64,000 bases of DNA from Candidatus Aminicenantes bacterium (GTDB taxonomy: Bacteria; Acidobacteriota; Aminicenantia; Aminicenantales; JAFGBC01), in contig OY969696.1 of NCBI GenBank assembly GCA_963702005.1, positions 1,632,001-1,696,000 on the forward strand, given 5' to 3'. Shown piece by piece: positions 8,771-21,390 of the stretch; position 1 is the stretch's first letter, and the number at the start of each line of letters is the position of its first letter. Both the position numbers and the translations under genes were made by a program. Below the pieces are notes generated by a model, which saw nothing but the letters and a program-made list of their open reading frames with translations, was not told the DNA's origin and did no database searches.

Positions 8771-11700
8771 ATGCGCACCGCTTGGAAACGCCGGCTGCGA
8801 AAGGCCCTGATCCTCCTGGCCGGCCTGTCCGCCCTGTCCGCGGCCCTGATCATTCTCGCCGACTCGGGCTGGGTCAAGCGCCGGCTTATCGGCCTGGCCG
8901 ACCGGAAGCTCCGGGCCGGATTCGGGCTCTCTCTCCAGGTCGGCCATTCCAGCCTCCGGCTGTCGAGCCTTTCCGCTTCCCTCCGTGATATCCGGCTGTC
9001 GCCCGTCGACCCCGCTTCTTCCTCGGTCAGGGCGTTCAGCGCCTCCGAGGTCGCGATCAACCTTGCCTGGTCGGGCCTTTTCACGGGACACGTACATATC
9101 CAGGAAATCCGCGTCGTCCGCCCACTTATCGAAATCGCGGTCCCGGTTGTCCAGACCCGTGCCGCCCCCTCCGGACCCTCGGCGCCTTCCCGTCCCGTCT
9201 CCAGGCCGGTTTCGTTCCGCGTCGATAAGCTCGCCCTTTCGGAAGGGCGGGTGCTCTTCGAGGGGGGGGAGCGATCGTTCGCCGCCGACCTCAGCGAGAT
9301 CGGGCTCGACCTCCGCTACCTTCCGGGGGAAAAAGATCATCGGGGAACCCTTGTCTGCGGCGGCGGCCGGATCGTCTTCTCCGGGAGCGAGATCCCGATC
9401 AGGAGCGTCGAGTCCGAGTTCAAGGTCGACGAAAACAGAATCGGCGTCGAACGATTCCTGGCCAGGACGGCCTTCTCGTCACTGGGGTTCAAAGGCGCGG
9501 CCCGCAATATCCAGGGCAGCCCGGTTTTCGAAGCCGACCTGACCGCGAACCTCGACCTTACGGAATGGACGCGGCTGCTGCCCGCCATGCCGCCCGGCCG
9601 CGGCAGCCTCGTTCTCGACGGCCGGGCGGAAGGCGGGAGCGACGGGCTCCGCTTTTCAGCCCGGCTCAGCGCAACGGGACTGAAGCTCGAGGGTCTGCCC
9701 GAGGCCTCTTTCCGGGCTTCTCTCGAAGGAAATCCCCGCTTCCTCAAGCTGACCGAGTTCGTGGCGGAGGCGGTCGGAGGCCGTTTGGAGGGCCGGGGCG
9801 AATTCCGTCCGCCCGGGGAAGGGGAGTCCCGTCTCCACCTCGGCTGGAAGGATCTCGACCTCCCCCGTCTTGCCGGTCTATTGCCCGGCGTCCCGGTCCT
9901 ACTGGCCACCCTAGACGGCGAGGTCAACGCGGCCTGGGAGGATTGGCGGCCCGGAGCGATCTTCGCTTCAGGGCGGGCGACATTTCGTCCATTGAATCGT
10001 TCGCTTCCCGGCGCGGCCCTCCCCGTCGCGGGAACGATCGAATTCGATTCGTCGAAACGCGGCGTCGAGATCACCCGAGCCGATTTTCGGGCCGCGGGCG
10101 CCGATCTTTCGATATCGGGTCGTTTGGGTTGGGACCGCGATATCCGCGTCCGGTTCCGTGCCATTCTCGATGACCTGGCCGGCACGGCCCGATTGGCCGG
10201 GGCGCTCGGAGGACCGGCCTCGCTCCCCGCGATTGGCGGCCGGCTCCGTCTTGACGGTCGGCTGGAAGGGAAAATCCCGCGACCGTCCTTGCGGATTGAG
10301 CTTGGGGCGGAGAGAATCACTTTGGAAGGACTCTCCGTGGATTCGGTTGAAGCCGCCCTGTCCCTGAACCGGGACGCCGTCGACATTTCGCGGTTCAAGG
10401 CGAAAGTTGGAGAAGGGACCGTCGAGGCCGCGGGGCGACTCTCGTTCAATATCCCGGGCCGGCTCGCCGGAGCGACCTGCCGGGTTTCGTTGACCATGAC
10501 CGGTCTTCCCCTCGAAGCGTTTTCGTCTTTCCTCCCCGAAAAATTCAGGACGGCCTTCGGGGGAACCCTCGACGCCGGGGTGGAAGTCTCCGGCCGCCCG
10601 GACCGGCCGCGGTTGGACTTCAGGATCAAAGCCTCGCCGCTCGGGTTTCGAGGGCTGATTCTGACCGACGTTTCCGCCTCCGGCCGCGTCGAGCCCGGCG
10701 GCCTTGTCGTCGTTGACGAGTTCCATGTCGTCAGCGCAGGAGGGTCCGTCGACGGCGGCTTGAGCCTGGATTCCGCGCGTCGCGAATTCTCGGTCAAGGC
10801 CGGGACTTCCGGCCTCGACTTGGACGTCCTCCATCCTTTCTTTCCCGGTCAGGCGCTCTCGGGGCGAATCGTATTCAAACTCGAAGGCGGCGGCTCCTTT
10901 GAAAAGCCGATCGGTTCTTTCCGGCTTGACGCAGAGCGGATTAAAACCGCGGCGTTCTCAATTCCCGGCCTCGGCCTCAAATTGGAATCGGACGGGACAT
11001 CGGCGCGGGCGGTTGTGACAGCGGCCGATCCCGGGGTTCTGATCGAGGCCGAAGTCTCTCTCGTCGCTCCTCACATCGTAACGGGACGTCTCAAGGCGGA
11101 GCGAATCCGGCTGGATCGACTCCTGCATCCGGAGGGCGGGGCCGCCCCGCGCGAGGCTCCGGAGTTTTCCGCCGACGGGACATTCTCGCTTCCCATCGAA
11201 AACCCGGACGGAGTCGTCGCCCATCTTTCTTTTTCCGGTTTTGACCTGGGGAGCCTGGCGGCTTTCTCGGGCGGGAAGGTCCCTCCCGGCCTGGGCGGTG
11301 AAATCGAGGGACGGCTCGAGTTCAGCGGGAATCCCGCCTCGCCCGATCGGATTAAGGCCAAGGGCGAGATCGGCCGCCTTCGCCTCTCCTACGACCGCTT
11401 TGCCCTCGGAAACAAGGGGCCGATTCGTTTCGGATTCCGCGACGGCGCTTTCGAGCTCAAAGAGCTGCGCCTTGCCGCGGCCGACTCCGAGATCCGGGCT
11501 TCGGGCGTTGTGCGCGGTCTCCCGGCCCGCCCCGAGATCGAAGGCCGGCTCTCTATGGATGTCGACGCATCGCTCATCCCTCGCGACCTTATCGACGCCG
11601 TGGCCGGCGGCCGGTTCAAGCTGGCCCTGGACGTCAAGGGTTCGCTCCAGCAACCCCGCATCTCTGGCGAAGGGACGCTGGCCTCCGGATTTTTCCAACC

Positions 11701-14700
11701 CGACGATTTTCCCTTGACCGTCAGCGACGCGGCCCTGCGGCTCGAATGGAAGGACAACGTCATCATCTTGAGCGAAGGCCGGGGTTCGGCCAACGGCGGC
11801 CTTTTTGATCTCTCCGGGAGGGCTGACCTGGGAGAGGGCTTCAGGCTGAGCCGAGCCAGGGTCGAGGCCGGGTTCAAAGGCCTGCGACTAAACTTTCCCC
11901 CCGGCCTCAATACCCTTTCGGAGGGCCGGGCCGGGCTCGAAGGCGACGGCCGGACCTGGACCCTGTCGGGGGATGTCCGGGTCGTCCAGGGCTCGTTCCG
12001 CGAGGATGTCTATCCGGGCGCCGAGCTGCTGGGATTCTCCAGCCTGCCCCTGATCGTGCGGAGCGAGGAGATACCGGCCTATTATCACGACTTCAAGCTC
12101 GACCTGGGCGTTTCAACGACCGGCCCGTTCATCCTCCGCAACAACATGGCCGACCTCGGTCTCGAGGCCAATCTTCGGGTCGGGGGGACGCTCGCGGTTC
12201 CGCTCCTGTCCGGCCGGGTTCAAAACGCGGCCGTCGGCAAGATCGTCTTCGGCGAGCGGAGCTACACCGTGGAGACGGCCCGGGTCGAATTCCTGGGCAA
12301 GGATACCGTCAGCCCGGACGTCGACATCGTCGCCCACACGCCCCTGCACCACCGGTTGGATGATTTCGATATCAGGCTGAGGATCTCGGGGACGGTCCCG
12401 AAGCTGTCCTACGACCTGACTTCCTTTCCGCCGCGCAGCCGCGAAGAACTCTCCCTGCTTCTCCTGACCGGTAAAAGCCTGGACGAGATCCGGGGGAACG
12501 CCGTCAATACGGTGGGAAACCAGATGATCCTTTATTTTGCCTCCCCCCTGGCCTCTCCCGTGGCGGCGGGGCTCCGTAAGCTCCTCAGGGTGGACGATGT
12601 GACCATCGAGCCTCTCAACATCGCCTCCGAAGCGGACCCCGGCGCCCGGCTGACTTTTTCGAAAACGGTCTCGGACCGCGCCTCCCTGACCTATTCCCTC
12701 GACGTCACCCGCAGCCAGCGCCAGACCTGGCTGATCGATTACGACCTCATCCGAAATTTTTCCTTGCGGGCCTTCCGCAAGGACGATGGGAGCTACGGCG
12801 GCAGCCTCAAGCACTCGTTTTTCCTGGGCGGCCCACCGCCGCCCGGCGAAGAAGCGCGGCCGTCGGAATCCAAATCCGGAATCCTAACGGAGGTGGGCGT
12901 CGCGGGGAACCCGCGCCTGCCCGCGGCCCGTCTCGAAAAAGCCTGGGCGCCTCTGCGGACGGGCGCGGTCTTCCATGTCTCCGACCTCGGCCTCGCTGAA
13001 GACGGCTTGAACCGGCTCTACAAAGACGGCGGATATGCCAACGCCTCAGTCACTCCCGAAATCCGCAGGGATGGGGCCGGCGGCGCGGCCGTCCTGTTCT
13101 GGATCGAGGCCGGCGATCCGGTCGCCTTCGTCTTCCGCGGAGACGGGATCCCTCGGCGTCTCAAGAACAGGGTTCGCGACGCCTGGACCGGAAAGCTCGC
13201 CGAGGGCTCGAACCTCGGCGAGGCCCGGAGGATCATCCTCGAAGCCCTCAGGCGCGATCGCTATTACGCGGCCAAGGTCGGGGCGGAAGCCGTCCGTTCG
13301 CCGGGCGCAACCACGTATCTCTTTTCGGTGGCCAAGAACGGCCGCTACCGGATCGGCCGGTTCGAGGTCTTGGGAAAGGCGGCCGTTCCCGAAAAGGTCA
13401 TCCGCAAAGCGGCTTCCCAGGTTCCATTGTCCGGGAGCCGCGGTCTTTGGAACCTCGTCAATCAACCGCGCCTGGCCGTCCGCTCGGTGCTGAGGGCGCT
13501 CCAGGCTCGAGGCTACACGAAGGCCGTCGTCGATCCGCCCCGGATCGTCGAGGACAAGCAACAACGCCGGATTGACATCATCCTTCCCGTGGCGGCGGGC
13601 CCGCTCAGCCACGTTCGAACCGTGGCCTTCACCGGGGCCAGCCTGTTCGGCCGGGAGGAGCTGCGCAGCGTCCTGCAATTGACCAAGGGGCGGCCGTTCG
13701 CGCCGGACCGTTTCCCCGAAGACAAGACGGCCCTTCTCAACCTCTATCGCGGCCGGGGCTACGGGAGCGCCGAGATCGGGGCCGCGGCGATCCCGGCGGC
13801 GGGCGGGGACGATCTGGACCTGGTCTATGCCATCAAGGAAGGGGCCCGGTTCGTCGCATCCGGCTTCGAGATCCGCGGCCGCCTCCATACGCGGGAATCC
13901 TTCATCCTGAAAACGTCGGGTCTCAAGGCGGGCGAACCCCTCAGCCTGGATCGTCTCGCCCTGGGCCAAAAGAAGCTCTACGACACGGGAGCTTTCGCCA
14001 GCGTCGGCGTTTTCAGCCGCCCCGGGACCGAGGCTGGGGGCGGGGGGACCATCCGGAGACCGTCATTATCGAGGTCCGCGAGCTGCCTCCCCTGGCCGCG
14101 ACCTACGGGATCCGCTACAATTCGGCGGAGAAGTTCGAGGGATTCGGCGAGGTCGGAGTCCGCAACTTGTTCGGCGAAGGCCGGAGCGGCCTCGTCTCCT
14201 ACCGGCAGAACGCCCGCCAGCGGGATATGAGGTTCTCGCTCGAATCCCCCAGCCTTTTCGGCCTCCGGATCAACCTCCTGTCCGCTTTTTATTCCAAGCG
14301 CGACATCCAGGAATTTTTCACGACCGACGAGACGGGCTGGACCCTCCAGAGCAGCTTCCGGCTGCCCCTCCGTTCGACCCTGTCGGCCCTCTACCGCCTG
14401 GATAAGATCCACACCTTTGAGGCCGTGCCGCTCGGTCCATTCCCGTTCGATATCTCCCTCTTCCTCTCCGAGGTCGGAGCCGTCCTCGTCCGCGATACGC
14501 GGGACGACCTCCTCGACCCGCGGCGGGGATCGCTGCTGTCCCTGGCCCTGATCTATTCCCCCGCGTTCCTGGGAACGGAGCTGCCCTATGTCAGCGCTTT
14601 CGGCCAGTTCGCTTTTCAGCTGAGCTTCGGGCCCGACTTGGTCTGGGCGTCCGGCTTCCGCCTCGGCCTGGCGGACGCCTACGACCAGGTCCTGATTTCC

Positions 14701-15057
14701 AGCCGGAGGTTTTACGCCGGCGGCGGCAATTCCATTCGCGGTTTCAGGCAGGACCGGGTTGGGCCGATCGATCCCTACCTGGATACACCCGAGGGAGGCG
14801 AAGCCGTCCTCATTCTCAACCAAGAGCTGCGCTTCCCGCTCTTCAAGCCGGTGAGGGGAGCGGTCTTCTACGACGCCGGGAACGTTTTCCCGACGGCGCG
14901 CGAGATCCGCCTTTCGGAATTCCGGCACAGCCTGGGGCTGGGATTGCGGATCGCGAGCCCGCTCGGGCTCCTCCGCGCCGATTACGGCTTCAACTTAGCC
15001 CCGCGAGCGGGCGAACCCCGCGGGGTCTTCACCATCAGCGTCGGACAGGCGTTCTGA
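8771..15057 (+). CDS. TamB-like (AsmA/DUF490) + POTRA + Omp85 barrel fusion protein, about 2095 aa, with a one-base frameshift near 14036-14047
   Basis: N-terminal membrane anchor, long beta-taco region, POTRA repeats (LYRGRGY..A, KLYDTGAFASV); the -1 frame continues DHPETVIIEVRE...RNLFGEG into the barrel with RFYAGGGNSIRGF and C-terminal SVGQAF. Confidence 0.85.
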
Positions 15058-15084
15058 GGCCGCCCCGTCCGCCGGGCCCGGTGG

Positions 15085-15753
15085 TCAGCGTTTGAGGAGG
15101 TTCAGGAAGTTTCGGACCTGCGGAGCTTCCGGAGCCAACGGAGCCAGGGTCAGGAACTTTTCCAGATGGACGATGGTCAGGTCCTTGCGCTTCTTTTGAT
15201 TATAGGCAAGGCCGAGATTGTAGTGGGCGTAGGCATGGAGGGCGTCGAGCTCCAGACATTTTTCGAGGGCGGCGACGGCCGCGTCCGTGTTCTTTAAATA
15301 TCCCTGGACGATGCCCCTCTGGTAGTAAGCCTCCGCGCATTTGGCGTCGGCGGACAGGGCCGCCGTGATTTCTTTCTCGGCTTCCGGATAATTTGTTTTT
15401 TTGATCCAGACCTGAGCCAGCCCGGCGTGGCCCAAGGCGTAATTGGGCTGCTTGGAGAGGGTCGCGCGGAAGTCGCCGAGGGCGGCATCGCTGTTGCCGA
15501 GCTGAAGCCAGGAGACGCCGCGGAAATAGAGGATGTCCAGGTTCTTGGCGTCCTGGGCCAGAGCCGTCTCAAAGCTCACCTTGGCGTCCGCGGGCTTGCC
15601 CTGGAGCAGAAGGGCCTTGCCGCGGGCGAAGGGCTCCTTGGGAAGCTCCTGGAGCGCGATCAGGCCGGCCGCCGAAACGGCCAGAGCGAGAAGAACGGCC
15701 GGGACGAATCCGATTCCCGGTTTTTTCGAGAACGCGAGCCTGCTTAGGGTCAT
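15085..15753 (-). CDS. Secreted tetratricopeptide repeat protein
   Basis: Signal peptide; repeated TPR helices (AEAYYQRG, AYAHYNLGLAY). Confidence 0.85.
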   Translation of the reverse strand: MTLSRLAFSKKPGIGFVPAVLLALAVSAAGLIALQELPKEPFARGKALLLQGKPADAKVSFETALAQDAKNLDILYFRGVSWLQLGNSDAALGDFRATLSKQPNYALGHAGLAQVWIKKTNYPEAEKEITAALSADAKCAEAYYQRGIVQGYLKNTDAAVAALEKCLELDALHAYAHYNLGLAYNQKKRKDLTIVHLEKFLTLAPLAPEAPQVRNFLNLLKR

Positions 15754-15840
15754 GTCGGTCCTCCCTTTGTGGGGATTTCTTTGACCTGTTTATCATATCA
15801 TAGAACGGCCTTTGTGAAATCACGGCACCACGGGCCGCGG

Positions 15841-15869
15841 TTGACATCGTGCCGCCCGGGAATTAACAT
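15841..15869 (+). promoter_or_regulatory. Putative sigma70 promoter
   Basis: TTGACA-17 nt-TAACAT upstream of serine hydrolase RBS (GGAGGAG). Confidence 0.45.
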
Positions 15870-15922
15870 CTGTCTAAAGTAAGGAGCGGGCCCGGACCCG
15901 CGGCGATCGGAGGAGACACGCT

Positions 15923-17518
15923 ATGATCCATAGGATGTCCGTCGTTAAAAAATTCTCCGTCTTTATCCTCGCCCTTGGACTTCTTATCGCGCCGCTGGCG
16001 GCGAAGGACCCGGCCAAGGTTCCGGCTTCGCTGCCGCCCGACCTCGATGCCGCCCTGGCTAAAATTATGAAGTCGTTCGAAGTGCCCGGCATCGGGGTGG
16101 CCGTCGTCAAAGACGGCCGGGTCCTGGTCGCCAAGGGCTACGGCGTACGGAAACTGGGCGAAACGGCGCCCGTCGACGCCCAAACCCTGTTCGCCATCGC
16201 CTCCAACACGAAAGTGTTCACGGCCACCGCCCTCGGCCTCCTCGTCGAGGAGGGGAAGCTCGAGTGGGACGGGCCGGTCGTCCGCTATCTGCCCTGGTTC
16301 CAAATGGCCGATCCTTACGTGACGCGGGAGCTGACCGTCCGCGACCTCCTCGTCCACCGGAGCGGCCTCGGCCTCGGCGCCGGAGACCTTCTCATCTGGC
16401 CGCCCTCGACCTATGATCGGACGGAGATCGCCAAACGTCTCCGCTTTGTTCCTCTGGCGACGAGTTTCCGGAGCGCTTACGCTTACGACAACGTCCTCTA
16501 CATCGTGGCCGGGGAAGTCATCCGGTCCGTTTCGGGCCGGACTTGGGAGGACTTTGTATCCGAGCGCATCTTGAAAAAGGTCGGGATGACGGGAACGACC
16601 GTGCGGCAAGCGGACTTCGATCGCGCGCCCGACATCGCCGCCGCCCACGCCTCGATCGACGGCGTCGTCCGCTTGGTCAAGCCGTTCGAGACCGACAACA
16701 TGAGCCCGGCCGGGGGCATTTGTTCGAGCGCCGCGGACATGGCCAAGTGGGCTCTGGTCCTTCTCGGCGCGGGGCGCCTCGGCGACGGTTCGCGCCTCTT
16801 CTCGGAGCGGACGGCCCACGAGCTGACGTCGATCGTGACGCCGATACCGATCAGCGAGCCGCCCGCCGAGCTCGCCGCCCTGCGCAGGAATTTCAGCGGC
16901 TACGCGCTCGGTCTGGGCGTCCAAGACTACCGCGGCCGCAAGATCGTGACCCACACCGGGGGGCTGTCGGGTTTCGTCTCCAAGGTCACCTTGGTTCCGG
17001 AGCTGGGGCTGGGCATCGTCGTCCTGACCAACCAGGAATCGGACGAAGCCTACATGGCCGCCACCTATCATATCCTCGATTATTACCTGGCGGCGCCCCA
17101 GACCGATTGGACCGCGGCCTATCTCACCGTTCGCGACCGGCAGAAGGTCCAGTCGGCCGAGACCGTCGGCAAGGCGGCCGCCGCCCGCGACGCATCCTCC
17201 CGTCCCTCCCTTCCGCTCGCCCGATACGCCGGCGTCTACACGGACGCCTGGTACGGCGAGATCGCGATCGCGGAGGAGGGCGGCAAGCTCGTCGTCCGCT
17301 TTTCCCATTCGCCGAGCCTGGTCGGGGACTGCGAACACTGGCAGCACGACACGTTTGTCGTCCGCTGGCGGGACCGTGAGCTCAGGGCCGACGCCTTCCT
17401 GACCTTCGCCTTGAACCCGGACGGGACGATCGACCAGGCCAAGATGGCGCCGGTCTCGCCCGACACGGACTTCAGCTACGACTTCCAGGATCTTCTGCTC
17501 AAGCCGGCCCGGAAGTGA
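15923..17518 (+). CDS. Serine hydrolase, beta-lactamase class C/AmpC family with C-terminal DUF3471-like domain
   Basis: FAIASNTK (SxxK), YAYDN (YxN), HTGG motifs; LARYAGVYTDAWYG. Confidence 0.9.
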   Translation: MIHRMSVVKKFSVFILALGLLIAPLAAKDPAKVPASLPPDLDAALAKIMKSFEVPGIGVAVVKDGRVLVAKGYGVRKLGETAPVDAQTLFAIASNTKVFTATALGLLVEEGKLEWDGPVVRYLPWFQMADPYVTRELTVRDLLVHRSGLGLGAGDLLIWPPSTYDRTEIAKRLRFVPLATSFRSAYAYDNVLYIVAGEVIRSVSGRTWEDFVSERILKKVGMTGTTVRQADFDRAPDIAAAHASIDGVVRLVKPFETDNMSPAGGICSSAADMAKWALVLLGAGRLGDGSRLFSERTAHELTSIVTPIPISEPPAELAALRRNFSGYALGLGVQDYRGRKIVTHTGGLSGFVSKVTLVPELGLGIVVLTNQESDEAYMAATYHILDYYLAAPQTDWTAAYLTVRDRQKVQSAETVGKAAAARDASSRPSLPLARYAGVYTDAWYGEIAIAEEGGKLVVRFSHSPSLVGDCEHWQHDTFVVRWRDRELRADAFLTFALNPDGTIDQAKMAPVSPDTDFSYDFQDLLLKPARK

Positions 17519-17552
17519 GGAGTTCCGCCGGAGGGAGGCCGGGAGGATTTCG

Positions 17553-19409
17553 TCAGGCTTCGCCGTAATCGGGCGGCTTGAAATTGGGGTCGGAGGAGGA
17601 TATGGCTCGGCCGTGGACCGTGTAGTGCCCTTTGACCAGGACCCGGTAGGCCCGGCGCCCGGATTCGACGAGGATGATGATCGAACAGGCCATGATGACG
17701 GCGGTCAGGGAAACGTTGATGACGCCGAGCAGTCGCTGGCCCGGCTTCGAGACAAGCGGCAGGAAGCCGTCGAAGATGTTCCGCCAGCCGGCGTAAAGGG
17801 TCGTCACGGAGATGAAGGCCAGCGGGATCAAGCTCACCCAGACATAGCGGACTTTTCCCGCATTGATGATGGCGGCCGTGACGATCGCCAAAGCGACACC
17901 CGCCAGTAGTTGGTTGGCCGTGCCGAACATGGGCCAGATCGTGCTGATGTTTCCGGTCCAGATGAAGTAAGCCCAGGAGAAGACCACGAAGAAGGTGGCG
18001 GCGAGCGAGCCGGGCAGCCAGTGGGTTCGTTCGAACGGCTTCCAGATCCGGCCGGCGAATTCCTGAACGAGGAAACGGGCAACCCGCGTCCCGGTGTCGA
18101 TGGTGGTCAGGATGAAGAGCGCCTCAAACATGATGGCGAAATGGTACCAGTAGGACATGAGCGTCTTCATGCCCGGGAGGGACGAAAAAATCTGGGCGAA
18201 TCCCACGGCCAGGGAGACGGCGCCGCCGGGCCGGCCCACGACGTTCTCGCCGACCTCTTTTGACAACTCGGCCAGATTGACCGGATGCAGGCCCAGGGCC
18301 GCGAACTTGTCGGGGCTCAGGTTGATGGCGAAGTAGTCGCCGGGGAAAAGTGAGCAGGCGGCGATGAGGGCGATGACGCTGACCACGGATTCGACGAGCA
18401 TGGCGCCGTAGCCGATGAGGCGGGCGTCCCTCTCCTTGGAGATCATCTTGGGGGTCGTGCCGGACGAGACAAGGGCATGGAATCCCGAGACCGCGCCGCA
18501 GGCGATCGTGATGAACAGGAAAGGAAAGACCTTGCCGGGAATGATCGGGCCTCCGCCATGCAGGTAGGGAGTAAAAGCGGGCATCTTGAGGTTGGGATGG
18601 ACGATGAACACTCCGACAATGAGGGCGATGATCGTCCCGATCTTGAGGTAAGAGCTCAGATAGTCGCGCGGACAGAGGAGCATCCAGACGGGCAGGACCG
18701 AGGCGACGAATCCGTAAGCCGCGATGGCCAGGATGATCCCTTCGCGGGGGAGGGTGAATATGGCCGCCAGAGACGGGGAACGGGCCACGACGTTCCCGAG
18801 GATCACGGCCGCGAATACGCCGACGACCCCGATCAAGCTGGCCTCGACGATCCGGCCCTTCCGGATCCGGTACATCCACAAGCCTACAAACAGCGCGATC
18901 GGGATGGTCATGGCGATGGTGAAGGTTCCCCAGGCGCTTTCGCTCAGGGCGTTGACGACGGCCAGTCCCAGGCCAGCCAGGGCGACGACGATGATGATGA
19001 GGATGGCCACCGAGGCGACGGCCCCGCCGAGCGGGCTGACCTCGTACCGGGCGATCTCGGCCAGGGACTTGCCCTTGCGCTTGATCGAAGCGCCCAAGAC
19101 GAGGAAGTCGTGGACGCCGCCCGCGATGACGGCCCCGAGCAGCATCCAGAGGAGCCCGGGCGCGTAGCCGAATTGGGCGGCCAGGACCGGGCCGATCAGC
19201 GGGCCGGCGCCGGAGATGGCCGCGAAGTGGTGGCCGAACAGGACCCATTTATTGGTGGGATGGTAATTGGATCCGTCGTTCAGAGTCAGGGCCGGAGTCG
19301 GCCGGTTGTCATCGAGCGCCAGGATCTTGGCCGCGATGAATGCGCTGTAATAACGATAGGCGAGGGCGAAGAGAAGGAGAGCGCTGACGACGATGGGGAC
19401 GGCGTTCAT
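17553..19409 (-). CDS. cstA: Carbon starvation protein A family peptide/pyruvate transporter
   Basis: [47 protein letters not shown] motifs. Confidence 0.95.
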   Translation of the reverse strand: MNAVPIVVSALLLFALAYRYYSAFIAAKILALDDNRPTPALTLNDGSNYHPTNKWVLFGHHFAAISGAGPLIGPVLAAQFGYAPGLLWMLLGAVIAGGVHDFLVLGASIKRKGKSLAEIARYEVSPLGGAVASVAILIIIVVALAGLGLAVVNALSESAWGTFTIAMTIPIALFVGLWMYRIRKGRIVEASLIGVVGVFAAVILGNVVARSPSLAAIFTLPREGIILAIAAYGFVASVLPVWMLLCPRDYLSSYLKIGTIIALIVGVFIVHPNLKMPAFTPYLHGGGPIIPGKVFPFLFITIACGAVSGFHALVSSGTTPKMISKERDARLIGYGAMLVESVVSVIALIAACSLFPGDYFAINLSPDKFAALGLHPVNLAELSKEVGENVVGRPGGAVSLAVGFAQIFSSLPGMKTLMSYWYHFAIMFEALFILTTIDTGTRVARFLVQEFAGRIWKPFERTHWLPGSLAATFFVVFSWAYFIWTGNISTIWPMFGTANQLLAGVALAIVTAAIINAGKVRYVWVSLIPLAFISVTTLYAGWRNIFDGFLPLVSKPGQRLLGVINVSLTAVIMACSIIILVESGRRAYRVLVKGHYTVHGRAISSSDPNFKPPDYGEA

Positions 19410-21217
19410 CGGGAAGTGATGGGGTCCTTAGCCCAAAGCCTGTTGATGACGCGGAGCAGGACGAACCCGCTGACGACGAAAACCGCCGCCAGGGCGATCG
19501 CGTAGCTCCATCGCCTGTAGAGAACATTTCCGACCGTGAACAGGGCCGACCAGATCGTGAGCGATCCCGATACCCAGCCGACCAGGGCCAGCGGGAAGCT
19601 CTCATGGGTTGCCTTAGCCTCGGTTTCGGAGATCCCCGCCTCCTTCCGGATCGCCCTCCAGCCGGGGCCGAAGGGGCGGACCTTTTTATAGAACTTGATC
19701 AGGGTTTGACGGTCCGTCCGCGGCCCCAGGAAGGCCGTCAACATCCAGCAGATGGTCGTTCCCGCCACGGTCAGGATCAAAGCGTAGTGAGTGGGGATGA
19801 CGACGCCGGCCTTGCGGAGGATAAGGATCAGGATGGAGAAGGCAAAGGAGCTGATCATGGCGTTGACCTCGCACCAGGCGTTGACGCGCCACCAGAACCA
19901 GCGGACGAGATAGAGGAGGCCCGTCCCGGCCCCGACCTGGAGGATGATGTCGAAGCTGTCCTTGGCCGTCTCCAGGACGAAGACCAAACTCCCGGCGGAC
20001 ACGAAGAGGAGGATGGTGGCCAGCCGTCCGACCATGACATAGTGCTTCTCGGTCGCATCCTTCTTTAGGAAGCGCCGGTAGAAATCGTGGACGAGGTAAG
20101 ACGCCCCCCAGTTGAGGTGGGTCAGGTTCGTCGACGAGTTGGCGGCGATCAGGCCGCCGACCATGAGGCCGATGAATCCGACCGGCAGGAACTTGAGCAT
20201 GGCCGGATAGGCGATGTCGTGGCCGAGCAGGCTCGGATTCAAGTGAGGGAAGGCCTTTTGGATATCGGAAAGCTGGGGGTAAATGATGAGGGAGCATAGA
20301 CCGACCAGGATCCAAGGCCAAGGTCGGAGGACGTAGTGGGCGATGTTGAAGAACAGGACGGAGCCCAGGGAGTCTTTTTCGGACTTCGAGGCCAGCATCC
20401 GCTGGGCGATGTAGCTCCCGCCGCCCGGCTCGGCCCCCGGGTACCAGACGGCCCACCACTGGACGGCCAGCGGCATGATGAAGATGGCGATGGCCAGGTC
20501 CCAGTTGCTCCTGAAATCGGGCAGCATATTCAGGAAGTGGACGCCGTTGGGTCCCGTCGTCGCCGAGAGCTTCGCGATCAGAACGTCCATGCCGCCGACG
20601 GCCTTGACGGCGAAGTAGGCGGCGGCGATGACGGCCGTCATCTTAATGAAGAACTGGATCATGTCGATAACCAGCACCCCCCACAGCCCGGTTACGGTCG
20701 CGAACACGACGTTGAGGAGGCCGACCAGAAGGAGCGTCTGCCAGCGGTCGAGGCCGAATAGGATGGCGGCTATCTTACAGGCGGCAAGGTTGACGGTGGC
20801 CATGATAATGCAGTTGAACAAGAACCCCAGATAGACCGAGCGGAAGCCGCGGACGAAGCCGGCCGCTTTTCCGGAGTAACGAAGCTCGTAGAACTCGAGG
20901 TCGGTCATGACCTCGGAGCGGCGCCACATCCGGGCGTAGAAAAAGACGGTTGCGAGGCCGGTCAGGGTGAATGCCCACCAGACCCAGTTTCCGGCGACGC
21001 CGTTCCGGCGGACGATGTCGGTGACCAGATTGGGCGTGTCGCTGCTGAAGGTCGTGGCCACCATGGACAGGCCGGCCAGCCACCAGGGGACGGCCCGGCC
21101 CGAGACGAAGAACTCCGAGGTGTTCTTGCCCGACCGCTTGCCGAAGAACAGGGCGGGCACGAAGCAGATGAGGAGGCTGGCGAAAACGATGACCCAATCG
21201 ATGGTGTGGAGATGCAT
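19406..21217 (-). CDS. Sodium:solute symporter family protein
   Basis: [41 protein letters not shown]; many TM helices; ATGA overlap with cstA. Confidence 0.92.
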   Translation of the reverse strand: MHLHTIDWVIVFASLLICFVPALFFGKRSGKNTSEFFVSGRAVPWWLAGLSMVATTFSSDTPNLVTDIVRRNGVAGNWVWWAFTLTGLATVFFYARMWRRSEVMTDLEFYELRYSGKAAGFVRGFRSVYLGFLFNCIIMATVNLAACKIAAILFGLDRWQTLLLVGLLNVVFATVTGLWGVLVIDMIQFFIKMTAVIAAAYFAVKAVGGMDVLIAKLSATTGPNGVHFLNMLPDFRSNWDLAIAIFIMPLAVQWWAVWYPGAEPGGGSYIAQRMLASKSEKDSLGSVLFFNIAHYVLRPWPWILVGLCSLIIYPQLSDIQKAFPHLNPSLLGHDIAYPAMLKFLPVGFIGLMVGGLIAANSSTNLTHLNWGASYLVHDFYRRFLKKDATEKHYVMVGRLATILLFVSAGSLVFVLETAKDSFDIILQVGAGTGLLYLVRWFWWRVNAWCEVNAMISSFAFSILILILRKAGVVIPTHYALILTVAGTTICWMLTAFLGPRTDRQTLIKFYKKVRPFGPGWRAIRKEAGISETEAKATHESFPLALVGWVSGSLTIWSALFTVGNVLYRRWSYAIALAAVFVVSGFVLLRVINRLWAKDPITSR

Positions 21218-21390
21218 GGTTAGCGTCCTTTCTCCGGAAGGAATGGACAGCGCATAGGGTTTTTATTATAGGAAGATTGGCAATCCGAGACAAGTCGTGC
21301 CCGGCTTGGATGAGGTTTTACCGCAAATGGCGTTTGACAGACCCGGCCGGGCAAGGAATAATCAAGCTAGTCTCGATGAGAGGTGAGCGC

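Noticed and set aside
14167-15057. Stand-alone Omp85 barrel gene
   Set aside because: No signal peptide or RBS; the upstream same-frame sequence continues into the last POTRA of the TamB ORF
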